Shown in pieces: positions 10,305 through 22,500 of a stretch of DNA of 64,000 nucleotides. Both the position numbers and the translations under genes were made by a program. Each line of letters begins with the position of its first letter. Within the stretch, counting starts at the first letter, position 1. The notes under the pieces were generated by a model. The model was not told the DNA's origin, did no database searches, and saw nothing but the letters and a program-made list of their open reading frames with translations. Source of the stretch: Balanoglossus misakiensis. Taxonomy: Eukaryota; Animalia; Hemichordata. The stretch covers positions 5,233,808-5,297,807 of the forward strand of contig CM082585.2 in assembly GCA_040954595.2 (NCBI GenBank). The letters are read 5' to 3'.

Positions 10305-12728
10305 AATGACCACGGACACATCGGATTTTGAACGGCGCCGACTGTAATACCCAGCAGCATACAGTGTACGTACGAGAAGACTCCTTCTTGGCAAATGACC
10401 TTCCCAACGAACTAACAATATTCAGTCTATTTTTTCAGCCACGGACACTAGTGCAGGATTTGCTGAGCGTCGCACCTCATTTGCTAATATATGATTTTCA
10501 TGATTGAACTTTTTATTGTAAGTTTACTTTAACTTGTATTCAGACATATAGATGTTCTACAATTTCTCGATTAGTTTTTTTAAAACCATATCGTTATTTT
10601 TAAATTGCGGTTTGTCACATTTAATAGATAGAGCGAAGTATCGAAGTCAGACACATTGGGCTCCACGGCGTCTTCAGATCGACGTTAAACTGAGTACAGG
10701 GTACTCTCAGTGTCATGCACGAGTGAATGGCGAGCTAGATGAAGTGCATTGTGGGTGACAACCAGCAGAATGTGAACGAGGTGCAGTGAACAAACAACGG
10801 TCATTTAGTGCAGCCACTGTGTTGACATGACGACAGTATTCCGCGCCTTTGTTAAGTGTTGAATTGAAAACAATCTGTTGAAGATTTGGCGTGAATGCCT
10901 AGCTATGTTTTTAACAAAAATCGTTTATAAACCTAATGCTATCTCCGCTCAGTGAAAGTCAAGGATATTTCAGTTTGTAACCATTAATTTTTGAATATTT
11001 TCAGGCTTTCCAACCTGACATTTGTCTTCACTTGGAAGTCTCTAAAAGGGTCCTGTTACGACAGGTTTTACAGCATGTTACTTGATAAACTTATTAGATA
11101 TAAGGCTTACACACAGATTGGATGCATGTCTATTATTGGTGAAATGTATTCACATTTAAATTAAGTTGTCAGTTAACCTTTGGAATTTGAATTTGTAAAC
11201 TTTAACAGTAAAACATGTAAACAATGATATTCATATTCAAGTTTAGTAGAAATAAAGAATTGTGAAATGATTGCAGTCTTACCTGTCTGTATTGTATTGA
11301 TTTACGCGCACGTCCATAACAGATATGTTTTTCCCGTTGTCGGAAATAGCACACTCCGCTGCAGTCAGCACACACAAAGGGTTGTTAATAATCCAAACCG
11401 CTCCCTTTGAAAACCTTTCTGAGTACAGCCCGGGACGCCAATAGATAGGCAAAAACAATGGCAATTTGTAGCCCGAAAGTGCACAGTTTGACCTATTGAT
11501 TATCCGAGGTAGTTCCCCCACCATATGCTTTGTGGATTTACCGACAAGTCGAGGGATATCCTTCACTGGGTAACCGACAGGTCCAACGATATCGCGTACA
11601 GATATGCAGTCACGCCTACACTGTGAAAGGGGTGCCTAGGCTACACGTTATGGCGAGGTTAAGGTTTGAATGACTATACATAGCAGGAGGGATGCAATAT
11701 TGGCATAGCTGTATGCTATGTACAACGCCATTCACAGTCACTTTCATATACAAGCACGCTGTAAGATGGATGGGAACATTAGCCACTCTTTCTCTATAAG
11801 AATCAAAGATCTTACAAACAGTTCCCAAATTTCACGATTTTGTATATTTTATGTTTACTCCTTATTCGGTTTTAACTATGTGCGTCAGAGAAATGTCTAT
11901 AAAATGTACCCTTGTGGTAATTGTATTTTAGACTGGCTAAATTGGAGTGGGTTTCGTTTAATGTGTTCATTTTTATGCAGTTTTATTGAACAGACATCTC
12001 CTTTCAATAAATTAATATTGGTTGCCATGGACACGGACATGTGAAGCGATGAATGGTCGCAAGAGGGGGACATTGGCAGAAAAAATGGGTCTGTCCTGAT
12101 TTTGCCTAACTCTTTGGGGTCTTTTGTAAGTGGTGCTAGTCATCGAGATAGTGCAGAACGGGGAGATGAATATCGCCAACCTAAAAACTAGAGACTGTTT
12201 GTGACTATTGTCTCGCTATTTGCTTTGAATATAGCGCGGTCAAATTTCCATGTCCACTATAATTCTGCTAATCCAACAAGGCTCTGAAACCATTGGATGA
12301 AATTCGCCTAACTCCACTATAAGTACAATCGACAAGTTGCACTTCAGGTAAAATTACGGACACGATTTCCATAAAATAGTTTATGCCAGCGTTTTAAGGT
12401 GTCGTGTATACGAATCTATACATATATTTAAACGAGCAAAATCGCTAAAGGTAGTTTCAAGTCATCGATATATACAAGATTATTTATTTATTAAAATAAA
12501 GTATCAGTAATTGTTGTTTTCCGCGCACATGTAATTTCCTGATAGCTTTGAAAAAAAACCTTTATCATAAACCTAATTAAATTCGAAGCAGCTAGTCATT
12601 ATAAAAGTTCCTGAAGAAATTTCACTGCTGTATCCCGATTGGTCAATACTTTTCATTTCCCATAAGACACCACTTCTCTTGAGGTTAAAGGTCATGCACA
12701 CGGAAGTAAACGTTACACAACGAAGGAC

Positions 12729-15700
12729 ATGGATTTGGCGATACGAGTGTGGATATCGCGGTTATTTGCTGGTGCAGGTGACGACCCACCGCCCAAGGAG
12801 CCGTGCCGGTGGTGAGTGTTGTGAAATCCGAGTGATTATTTGTTATTTTATGGGATTCGGGCTTTGTAAACGTGGATCTCACGGTCGAGTTGAGCAGAGT
12901 ACAGTACAGTATATAGTAGCTGCAATGATTGTAGCGGGTGCTGCTAGGTGCATATATAGCTGCAGTTCAACAGCTCGAGGTTTTGCCTGTTGGGTTTTGG
13001 GGTTAGGTGGACTCAAGAACCAACAGGGAAAACCTCGAGCTACTGAACTGCAGCTAAGTACAGCCGAGACGCGGGGTGACCTCTGTTTGAGGTTTCTGTT
13101 GTACTGCGAATGATATTTGTGTAGTATTAATCTTTACTCGTCCTCTGCCTGACCATGGCCTTACAGTCTGAGAGCTGAGAAACCCAGGTGCAAAGGCGTT
13201 ACATACAGCCATATCGTATTAGTAAACAGTAAAAAATAAACAGTAGGACAGAGATTGCAATGTATGTGTTGAGATTTGCTGTTCTGATATAACGGCTGTA
13301 CTTGTGAGCTGTTGCTTGCTCCCTAGGTAGCCCTGCGTACAGGTCAGTGTGTTCCCGGCGTTACACACACAGACCTGTACGCATGGCTAGCTTCCTAGGG
13401 AGTTGCATGGAAAAATTATGTCTGATGACCATCAGGGGAAAAACTGAAGCGCATCGAGATGTATCATGTAATGCGTTATATAAAAAATAAATATTATTAT
13501 TATTATTACTACAATGTAGCTGTGGTACGCAGCTTTACGGTTGGGGGTGGGGGCTGATTACCCCCAGCCCCCCACCCCACACACACAAACGGTACAGCTG
13601 CGTTACCACAGCTAACATCCAATGTTATCATGAAACCACATTTTAATCCTTGGTATTGCTTCATTTATTCCAGGAATAGAAATAAATGTGCAGGAACATA
13701 ATAGTAATACCAGTCATCATATCTGCAGTCCTCTTGAAATTCCATCTTTTCAACAATTTGACAGGCGATACAAACTCTGAGGAACTGCGTTTTCAAAGCC
13801 GGGAGAAAAGGTAAAACAGAACACTTGTGGGAATATTTCAGTGCACTACAGAGGTCCTTATTTCCAATAAAAATCCTGACACAGTTCTTCATAATAATCG
13901 ATTACATCTTGCAGCTACCAGTCAGTCCCCACTATGTCAGCATTAAGCAAGGCCGGAGAGGGCGCTCTACTGGGGATGTTGATAGCCGATGCCATAGCCA
14001 TGCCTGTTCATTGGTATTACAATGTGCAAGACATTCAGAAAGACTTCAGAGGATGGCTGAAGGGTTTCGAGAGTCCAAAGTACCACCATCCAAGTAGTAT
14101 CTTAACTATTTCAGCTGTAGGTATGTTGCTTTATGGCTGCTTTGTATAAATTTTGTTGGTTGTTTCAGAGATACCATATACATGTATTGATATAGCATTG
14201 TTCTCCCCAGAGCAATTAAAGCATGTAGGCCGCCACTCTTTAATTTTGAGAAGACAACATAACTTAATTAACATAACAAATGAGTATATTGTTATGCAAA
14301 TTAGCCGCGCTGCTTTCCTAAAATCCTGGGGAGAACACTGATATAGGGAGTCACTCACTCAAATTGACAACCACCTGTCATGTCATCTGTGGCAAAAAAA
14401 AAAATAATGATTGAAATAGAAGACATGATTCTTTAAAAAGTCTTGACTTTTAATTTATCATCTGAATTTGTTTAATTTATGAAACTGAAAAGTTTTCAAG
14501 ACTAATGCGACTTGAGTGTGTGGGGTGAAATATGTCATGGAAGAAGGCTATGCTGTCATTATCAGTCAACCCAAAAATCTTACATTTGAAATGGCTATAG
14601 TCTATCCATACTGCATGTAAGAATATTTTATAATAAGACAACCAAAGTAGATTATGCTTATAACCTGGTACTCACTTAGAACAACCTAAAATAATTTCTG
14701 CATGCATTACTTCCAGGTGGTGCAGGACGCAAGGGTTCTCAGAGTCAGTCACAGCCAGTTGTTGGTCGGGTTATTCTGCACGACAAATTACAATATTGGT
14801 CCAGACTTCATGATTCTATCCACTATCACCAAGGTATAGAAACACACTCCATCAGCAAATTCTGCTGCGTTCATTCCAGGTCACGTTTGGTCAATTTCAG
14901 CAATTATGTAGACTTCGCTCTGCTATATTTCCCAGTGGTTTAGCTGATTGGACAAACAGTGATAGTGATACTCGGCCAATGTTGTATCCAAGGAGTAAAG
15001 ACATTGCTAAGCATAAATTTGCATTATATTTTTGGAACAAATGCCTCATTCAAATTGCAATGTATACATATTTAAACACATGTACATACATACATTAATA
15101 TACACACATGCACACATACATACATACATACATACATACATACATACATACATACATACATACACACACACATACATACATACATACATACATACATACA
15201 TACATACATACATACATACATACATACATACACACATACACACATACATACATACATACATACATACATACATACATACATACATACATACATACATACA
15301 TACATACATACACATATATAATTTCATTTTCAATGATACTTTCAGGCATGAAGAAGGGTGACAACACACTAAACTCCCTGTGTGCAATACAGATAGCAAA
15401 ATCAATTCATCAAGCCAAGACTGCAAGCAAGAGTAGGCATGATTTGTATGCTGCAGTTCTGACCGATTATGTCAAGTTCATGACCACACCCGGGTCACAC
15501 AATGACACCTACGCAGAATCCTTCCACAGGGAATTCTTTCGGTAAGTCTTTGTGTTACACTGATTCACTCTTGCTTTTCCAGAACGATCTTGTGCAGTGT
15601 TTTCAAATTCGCTATTAAGGGCGGTAGCCAGGTAAATGTTACCGGGGTTCCCCCATTACAGTCATATTAGTAGGTAGCAGAAACGTTACTGGGGTTCCCA

Positions 15701-18524
15701 AGTCATTTACCAGTGTTCCCCGGCCTTAGCAAAAACACTGTTGTGATAAATGTACACTTAAATAATGTCACACAAGTAAAGGTGGCTGTAGAAACGATAA
15801 TGGATATAATCTCTACAACGTTCTTATGTGAGTCACTGGACTCACTCATCAGGAGACTAAACTGTAGTACCAGTATGTATGTGTATTAAATGTCTATATC
15901 CTTTGATTGGAACGACGTTTATGTTTTTATTTGCTAACAGGCCAAATAATGTTTGTGGTCATTGCTTTTCCCTGAAATTGAGCAGCAGTGGACCTGTTTA
16001 TTTTTTCTCACTAAAGAAATAAGAGCATAAAGCATGTCATCTTCTTGTCATTTTTATTAAAGGGACAAAGGCTTACGAGAGAGAAACTTTGTCCCTTTAA
16101 CGCAGGCTTTTTGAAGTGTCATGCACAAAGCAAATCCGTATTATACTGAGTACTTGTATTCTTATGTCCGGTATGTCTGCAGTAGCTAAATATTTTTTTT
16201 GTCTTTTTCAGTGATTGGGAAAACAGTGGTAGTGCTGTGGAGAGGGCCGGTGTGATGGATTTTGTAGAGAGGAGGTCTAAACGTCTTTACTCAGGACGCG
16301 TGGATCATAACATCGACAGTATTGGTGCTTTGGTATTGCCTATTCCCGTCATTCTGTATTATGCAGATCAAGATGAAGATGCGGCAGCTCAGGTAGTTTC
16401 TTTTAACCCTTTCACCGTAATGGTTCAGTCCAATCGTATTGTTTTCTGTGGTAAGGTTGGACCTCTAAAGAGGGAACTGGGGGGTGGGGGGTTAATAACT
16501 GTATTAAGTGCAAACCTTGGTAAACCCTAACCCTAATGCTAACCCTAATGCTAATGCTCACCAACATAGAATGGTAGAGTCCAAGTTCTGGGTGAGTGGC
16601 ACTGCAATTTGTGCTAGGGGGTCAAATCATATTATAATAATTGCATTCTGGGTAAAAAGTCGACAACTCACTGTAGTAAGAGATAGAAAAATGATACTAG
16701 TATGTTTACTGTATTTCATGACTTCCTTCGGTCAAACATTTCCGCCTTTGTAGTTGACATATTAAAGTCAATAAACTTTTTTCACATTTTGTTTTCTGTT
16801 AGAAAGTATCAGCATGACCTAATATCAAGTTTGCTTATGAACTCCCATTTCTTAAACATGGCAAAAATCGGCCATCTTGAAATTGTGTCGACCATGTGAG
16901 ATTTTCATCACTCACCTCAGTAGCAAAATCCCATTAAAGGTAGGTAGAATTAACATGGTCCCAGAAGTGAACAATAGATGACCTCATTAATTTCGTACCA
17001 ACTTCTTGGGAAGAGTTCATGTCACCTGTAAACGAGCTGCAACTGTTATGGCCGTTTATTTTACAGGCTGCTGTGGACTTTGTGAGGCTTACACACTGTT
17101 CGCGGGGACTGGACCCATATGTGGATTTGTTTGCGAGGACCTTACACGCGGTCGTCAACGGCGCCAATTTGGTGGACAAGGCCACAGAAGCGTTGCAGTC
17201 ACCGACGCTGGGGGGAGCAGCAACTCTGAAAACTGTAACGATGTTTGCAGATCTTGCTAAACGGTAAAAAGTTTGGCTTCTCAAGTTAATTATTAATTGA
17301 TTCATCATCAACTCTGTGGTGTTGAGTTGTCACTTTAAAACAACATAAACAATTTCTAACAGTCAAACATAGAATCATTCAGTTTTATCATATTCCAAGC
17401 TTTATATGTATAATTTTAAAGGGACAAAGTCTCTCTCTCGCTGCCCCTTTTCCATTAATTATGTTTGATACAAGACACCGTTTATGTTATTCTACATATG
17501 GGTAAATGAATAAACTGTAAACACCGATAATTCATTTTGGCGAGATTTTTACTCTCATATCCTACAAACCTTGTATGTGGTCGAATGTTGATTCACTATA
17601 TATCCACATGTAGAATAACATAAATGGTGACATATGAATTCTAGTCTGGACTTGAATTCAAATTTTTTCACAATAACAGTGCTGCATATAACTTGTTTTT
17701 AATAATAAGCTGGATAATGGGCATTTCACCATGCTTCAGGAATTTGAACCAGAAACTGCAGTAGATACACAAAACAAAAATACTGGAAGCGAAAAGTGAC
17801 AGCTAATGGAGCTTTAATTCTCTCGATCCTCGCAGACATGAAAAGTCGTCCGAGTCTCGATTACAAGTATACCAGAGGGCTGTCGGTCAGCTTGGATTAG
17901 CTTGTTACATCCGTGGTGCGATGACTTCGATGTTCCTACTCGCCAGAGAGTTCCACGATGATTTTGAGGGTGGAGTGCTGACCAATGCAAATTGTGGTGG
18001 TAAGTTTGGATCAAAGATTGACCTTAGGGGCTGTGGATAATTGTACATGCATGAACTTGAGATGGACTTTTTAAAACTGGAATTCTTCGATATCAAATGA
18101 CGTCAGACGCACTCAGACGGCAGTTATGTTGGCACTCATATTTCCAGATGACGGGCAACTTCAACAACGTCGTGCAGACAAAGACTGTGCAGACGAAATG
18201 CCATGTGGCTGATGAGGCACCATACCTGATACATGTTACGTGTTTGGTGGTTCTAAAGTAAAAATATACTCGGAAAAAATTTACTGTATGCCGAAATATT
18301 GTTTGCCCATCATCTGGAAATGACAAAGTCATGGGACTCATGGCCAGATCACGTGATTGATAGTAAAGAATAATTATTTTTGTATTTCAGGTGAAAATTG
18401 TCATCGTGGTGGGGCGCTAGGAGCTCTTCTGGGAGCATCAACAGTTAGACGAGGCAGAGAAATTCCACAGAGATTTATTGATGGCCTTAGAGTCAGCAAA
18501 GATGATCTGGTTCATAATTTGTGA
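12729..18524 (+). CDS. ADP-ribosylglycohydrolase (DraG/ARH/crystallin-J1 fold) family protein, 8 exons, about 425 aa (391 aa from ATG 13934)
   Basis: Exons 12729-12811, 13915-14120, 14717-14833, 15346-15541, 16212-16392, 17067-17263, 17836-17999, 18391-18524; all GT-AG and in phase. Motifs GALLGMLIADAIAMPVHWYY, HYHQGMKKGDNTLN, HNDTYAE, NANCGGENCHRGGALGALLGA...IPQRFIDGL. The first exon is the least certain. ATTGG and CGGAAGT lie upstream (about 12638-12707). Confidence 0.88.
12957..13056. mobile_element. Small hairpin MITE with TAG...CTA termini
   Basis: TAGCTGCAGTTCAACAGCTCGAGGTTTT ... AAAACCTCGAGCTACTGAACTGCAGCTA inverted repeat. No clean target-site duplication (TSD). Confidence 0.6.
13328..13389. 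mobile_element. 62-bp TAG...CTA MITE with 10-bp TSD (AcademH-like)
   Basis: Terminal inverted repeats (TIRs) TAGCCCTGCGTACAGGTC / GACCTGTACGCATGGCTA. Flanks GCTCCCTAGG and GCTTCCTAGG. Confidence 0.65.
13517..13614. mobile_element. TAG...CTA hairpin MITE
   Basis: TAGCTGTGGTACGCAGCT ... AGCTGCGTTACCACAGCTA, with an inner GGGGTGGGGGCTG / CAGCCCCCACCCC inverted pair. Confidence 0.6.
15100..15316. repeat. (CATA)n microsatellite in an ARH-gene intron
   Basis: Direct reading. Source of the spurious HTYI/MYVC ORFs. Confidence 0.97.
16061..16096. mobile_element. 36-bp minimal member of the AGGGACA-TIR, TTAA-target family (Kolobok-like)
   Basis: TTAA|AGGGACAAAG...CTTTGTCCCT|TTAA. Confidence 0.6.
17420..17625 (+). 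mobile_element. Partial copy of the AGGGACA/TTAA non-autonomous element
   Basis: TTAA|AGGGACAAAGTCTCTCTCTCGCTGCCCC...TTATGTTTGATACAAGACACCGTTTATGTTATTCTACAT, similar to 19718-20016. Confidence 0.7.
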
Positions 18525-19510
18525 AAGGTTTCAGGCAGGAATTTGCAGCGAAATAACTCATCAAAATGTCTTAATATTTAGATACATGTATGATCTGAAT
18601 TATTTGTGCTTAGAGAACAATCATTGTTGAACTTGCCTGTGTGATTTTGTCCACTCTTGAAACTCAGCCAGTCTTGGAAGCAGTGAAATGTACATGATGA
18701 CAAACAATTGTTGCTGTCATTGCACCGACCTTGTATTGATAGTACAGGTTGTACTATCAATATATTGTGTTCTAACTGTATAGGAAGATGTTACCATGGT
18801 TATACAGGATTGGCTCAAGTTTATCACCGAAAAGAGCTGTTTCAGATTTGCAGGTGCATTTTATCAACTGCCATTATAAAAACAGAGCCGTATTTTATTG
18901 TCATAACACTAAGTAATTTTATTTAACTTCATGTAAGTAGGATGAATTTATTTCAAATCACAGTCCTTGACATTGGTAGAAATTGTATGAATGGATAAAC
19001 AATGTTTCATACTATCACTGTAATTGTACAACAGAGCAATGGAAAATAAATGAATTTTTTCAGCGTCATTGACTTATGATCAGTTAATAAGAGTAAGTGA
19101 GAGGTCAAATTACAACAATCTAGTACATGTACTAAGTTACAAAACTCTGAACACTCTGGCCCCAGTCTACATTTATCACGTGAGCCAAGATGTACCAGTT
19201 GTGTATACCCAACTACAGACTCGAAACAAACAGTGGATACAAAGTGCTTTTTTGAGCCACGTCTTTGGAATTCTCTGCCATCAGACAATCAATAGGCTTC
19301 AAGTCGTAATTAACATCTTTTATTAAAAAGTCAAAGACATTTTTATTTGTTAAAGCATATGAAAACTAATGTTAATCAACAGCTATGAAAATATTTTTAT
19401 TTTTATTTTGGCACTTCATACATAAATGTTTTAATTGGTTGAGTGAAGTGCTGTTGAGGTAGGGAACCATTACTAACAATAGTTGTGAGTCAAAACTTGA
19501 ATGGGGATAA

Positions 19511-22500
19511 TTAATCGAGAATTAAGTCATTAAGATCTATGTCTCGTCCATGAGACTCGTCATAGTGAAACTTGAGAACTTCCTGCAAATGCACAACTTC
19601 TTCACGGAGAGACCGCACTCTCTTGTGTAGTTCTATAATCTCTTCATCTCGGTCTTCCACCGCAAGCCTGCATTCTTCTGTAAATGACATAGAGCTGCTT
19701 AGCGATTCATTGGTTAAAGGGACAATGTCCCTCTCTCTTACTGCCCTTTTTCCATCAATTATGTTTGATACAATACACCGTTTATGTTATTCTACATGTG
19801 GATATATAGTGAATGAACGTTCGACGACACACAACTTCCATCCCATTTGTAGACACGAGAGCGAAAAACTCGCCAAAATGAATAATTGGTCTCTACCGTT
19901 TATTCAGATTTTTACTCTCATAACATACAAACGGGGTGGAAGTTGTGTGTGGTTAAATAACGTAGAATAACATAAACTGTGTCTTGTATCAAACATGGGC
20001 AGCGAGAGGGAGACCTTTAAAGAATACAAGTCTCAATCCACAGTTTCATATATGTACCTACCTATGCAATCCCCTTGATCTTCGTCACAGATAAATGCTG
20101 GTGTTTCTGGATCGAGACATTCCTGGTTTGGAAACCATTGCACAGTTTAGTGAGTACACGAATATAAATGTGTAAAATATAGATAAACTGTACACAAAAT
20201 TACAAATATTAAATATATCTTAGTTAACATATTTGATCGATTTTTATTACTTTGAGTGCAACCATTTAGGGATTTTCGACAATTTACTAATTTGATCTTC
20301 AAATTGTATAAGATATCGCTACGACGTTATATTTAAATTAAAATCTGTTGCGTTTTTTTCTGACGGAGTTCTGACAAGTAATGTTGATATGACTTACAAT
20401 GGTGCCGTCGTCATGGAAGCGTGGCTTGATACAGGCGTCGCAGCCTCCCTCTCGTTGCATGTGTGAGGGACCGGAACATCTGTAGTGAAAAATTGATCTG
20501 GACTGAAATCTCACCCTTTAGCATATTGCATGTCCATGTTCAATGAGGACTGGGGGGGGGTCAGTCATTTTTTATATCCCCCAGGCCGAAGAAACTGACC
20601 AGACCCTTATGTAGGACAATTTGAAATTTTGTTGTTGAATTCTTGCCTTGTAACTATAGAAGTATTAGTTGTTGAAACTGCCCTTCATAAATGTAAGTGT
20701 TATGGTTGCCAAATAATACAACCGTGACGATTTTGACTTACCCTTCCGCACAAAAGCTGTGACACTCTTGACAAACTTTGTTTTCGTCGGCGTATTTGGT
20801 GGAAGGACATTGGTTTCTACAGACAGTCTGGTCACGAACGTTCTTGCAAGCAGTGCAGTTGCCCGCTCCCTATAGAAATTATAAAACAGACACATTGGGT
20901 TGGTGTATAACTGAAGTAATGTGTACTGAGATGCGACTTGCTTTACACGTGACACGGTCCAATGTATGGTCATTCAAATGCGCACATTTTATGATGATAT
21001 TTCGGTGTGTTTTTTGTCCAAAAGAGCAACGCCCGCGTTTTAGACGATATTGGCAACTAATCGTCACTTTTCTCCAATCAGCTGTAATAATTGATTTGGT
21101 ATATGAATTGAAAAAGAGTGTCATAGTCACACTGCATAGTTAACATTCAACAAAAGCTACCATGTTCACAAATGTATATTTCTTGGGTTGGACACCATGG
21201 CGAGTTCGCAATCGTTCTGACTTGTCCAGGTACAGTGTATATGCGTTATGAAATTCAGACTTTACTGTTATATTGTATAAACACAGACTCATTGGGGCGA
21301 AATGCCCAATTGAAATGAATGGGGAGACTTACCGGTCCATAGCATAGTTCACATTCTTCATGACAGACGCCGCATTCTGATGTCGATTTCAAGTAAAATC
21401 TTCATCAATTTAAGAAAAAAAAGGCAAACAGTTATTGTAGTTAACGTCGAAACAAATTCATGTTTAATAAGAAAAACGCGGTATAATGACATCCAGAGAT
21501 AAACTCTGTACAAATATCAATGATACTCATTTTTGTTGTGGAATTTCAAGTCAGTCAGTCTGTCTGTCTGTCTGTCCGTCCGATCTGTCTGTATGTCTGT
21601 CTGTCTGTCCATCCGTCCGTCTGTCCGCCTGCCTACTTTCTGTCTTTGGCTTTCAATTTTTAGATAACGGTGGTCGCACATTATATATGCATGTACAACA
21701 AATTAAATGTTAATGTATGTATTACTTTCGACGTGTGTTCTTCAAAAAGCTATATACTATAGTACTCTCCCGTAGTGATACAAACGAACTGTGTAGTAGT
21801 GTGTGTGTCACTGTACAAGCATACAGATAATAAACTCACCCGCCCTGAACGTCACATGTTTCAACACATCTTCCAGTTAGGTCAAAATTCTTACAAGCGA
21901 AACAATCAGTATCATCTGGTCCCCAGCAACCAGTATCCGTACACTCGGAGTGACATCCCAACATGTCATCGTTTCCTACAAGAAATATCACGCACACGAA
22001 GATATGAAATTTGTTCACAAATTGCCAACCCTTTGGTGGTGATGAGGTGACGTGCAAAATAAAACATCCCAAAAAGTTATGTCGTCACTTACGGCAGTCA
22101 CTTTTAGGCTTGTTATCCCCGACGTAAATAAGTTGCTCTTCGGGGTCAGCGACCAAGGCAGACAGAAGCTTCTTAGAGGCGTAACACATCCGGCTATTTC
22201 CTCTGACATAGATGCCACCATTACTGACTTCTTGTAGGGACGACAGTGATATAGAAGTTAAGGCTGTGCTGGATACAGTCAATGCAAAGCCATCGCTGTT
22301 GAAGAAGCAAACATTTCATTATATTCTAAATTGAGCAATTAAAGGGACAAAGTCTCTCTCACAATACGTGAAAAAAAAATCGCCAAAATGAATAATCGGT
22401 GTTTACCATTTATTCATTTGGGCGAGCTTTTACTCTCATATCATACAAGCAGGATGGAAGTTGTGTGTGGTCGAACGTTTTGTTCCTTTAACGTCCCTTC

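Noticed and set aside
6113-10418. Hydrophobic minus-strand ORFs 6113-6337, 8064-8420, 9948-10418
   Set aside because: Antisense shadows of the plus-strand His/Cys genes, with no conserved motif among them.
16524-16556. TAACCC telomere-like repeats
   Set aside because: Only about three degenerate units; too short to call an interstitial telomere.
18391-18524. Selenocysteine read-through in the ARH/SelJ-like gene
   Set aside because: The motif Cys is TGT, the TGA falls at the expected end of the fold, and I recognised no SECIS element.
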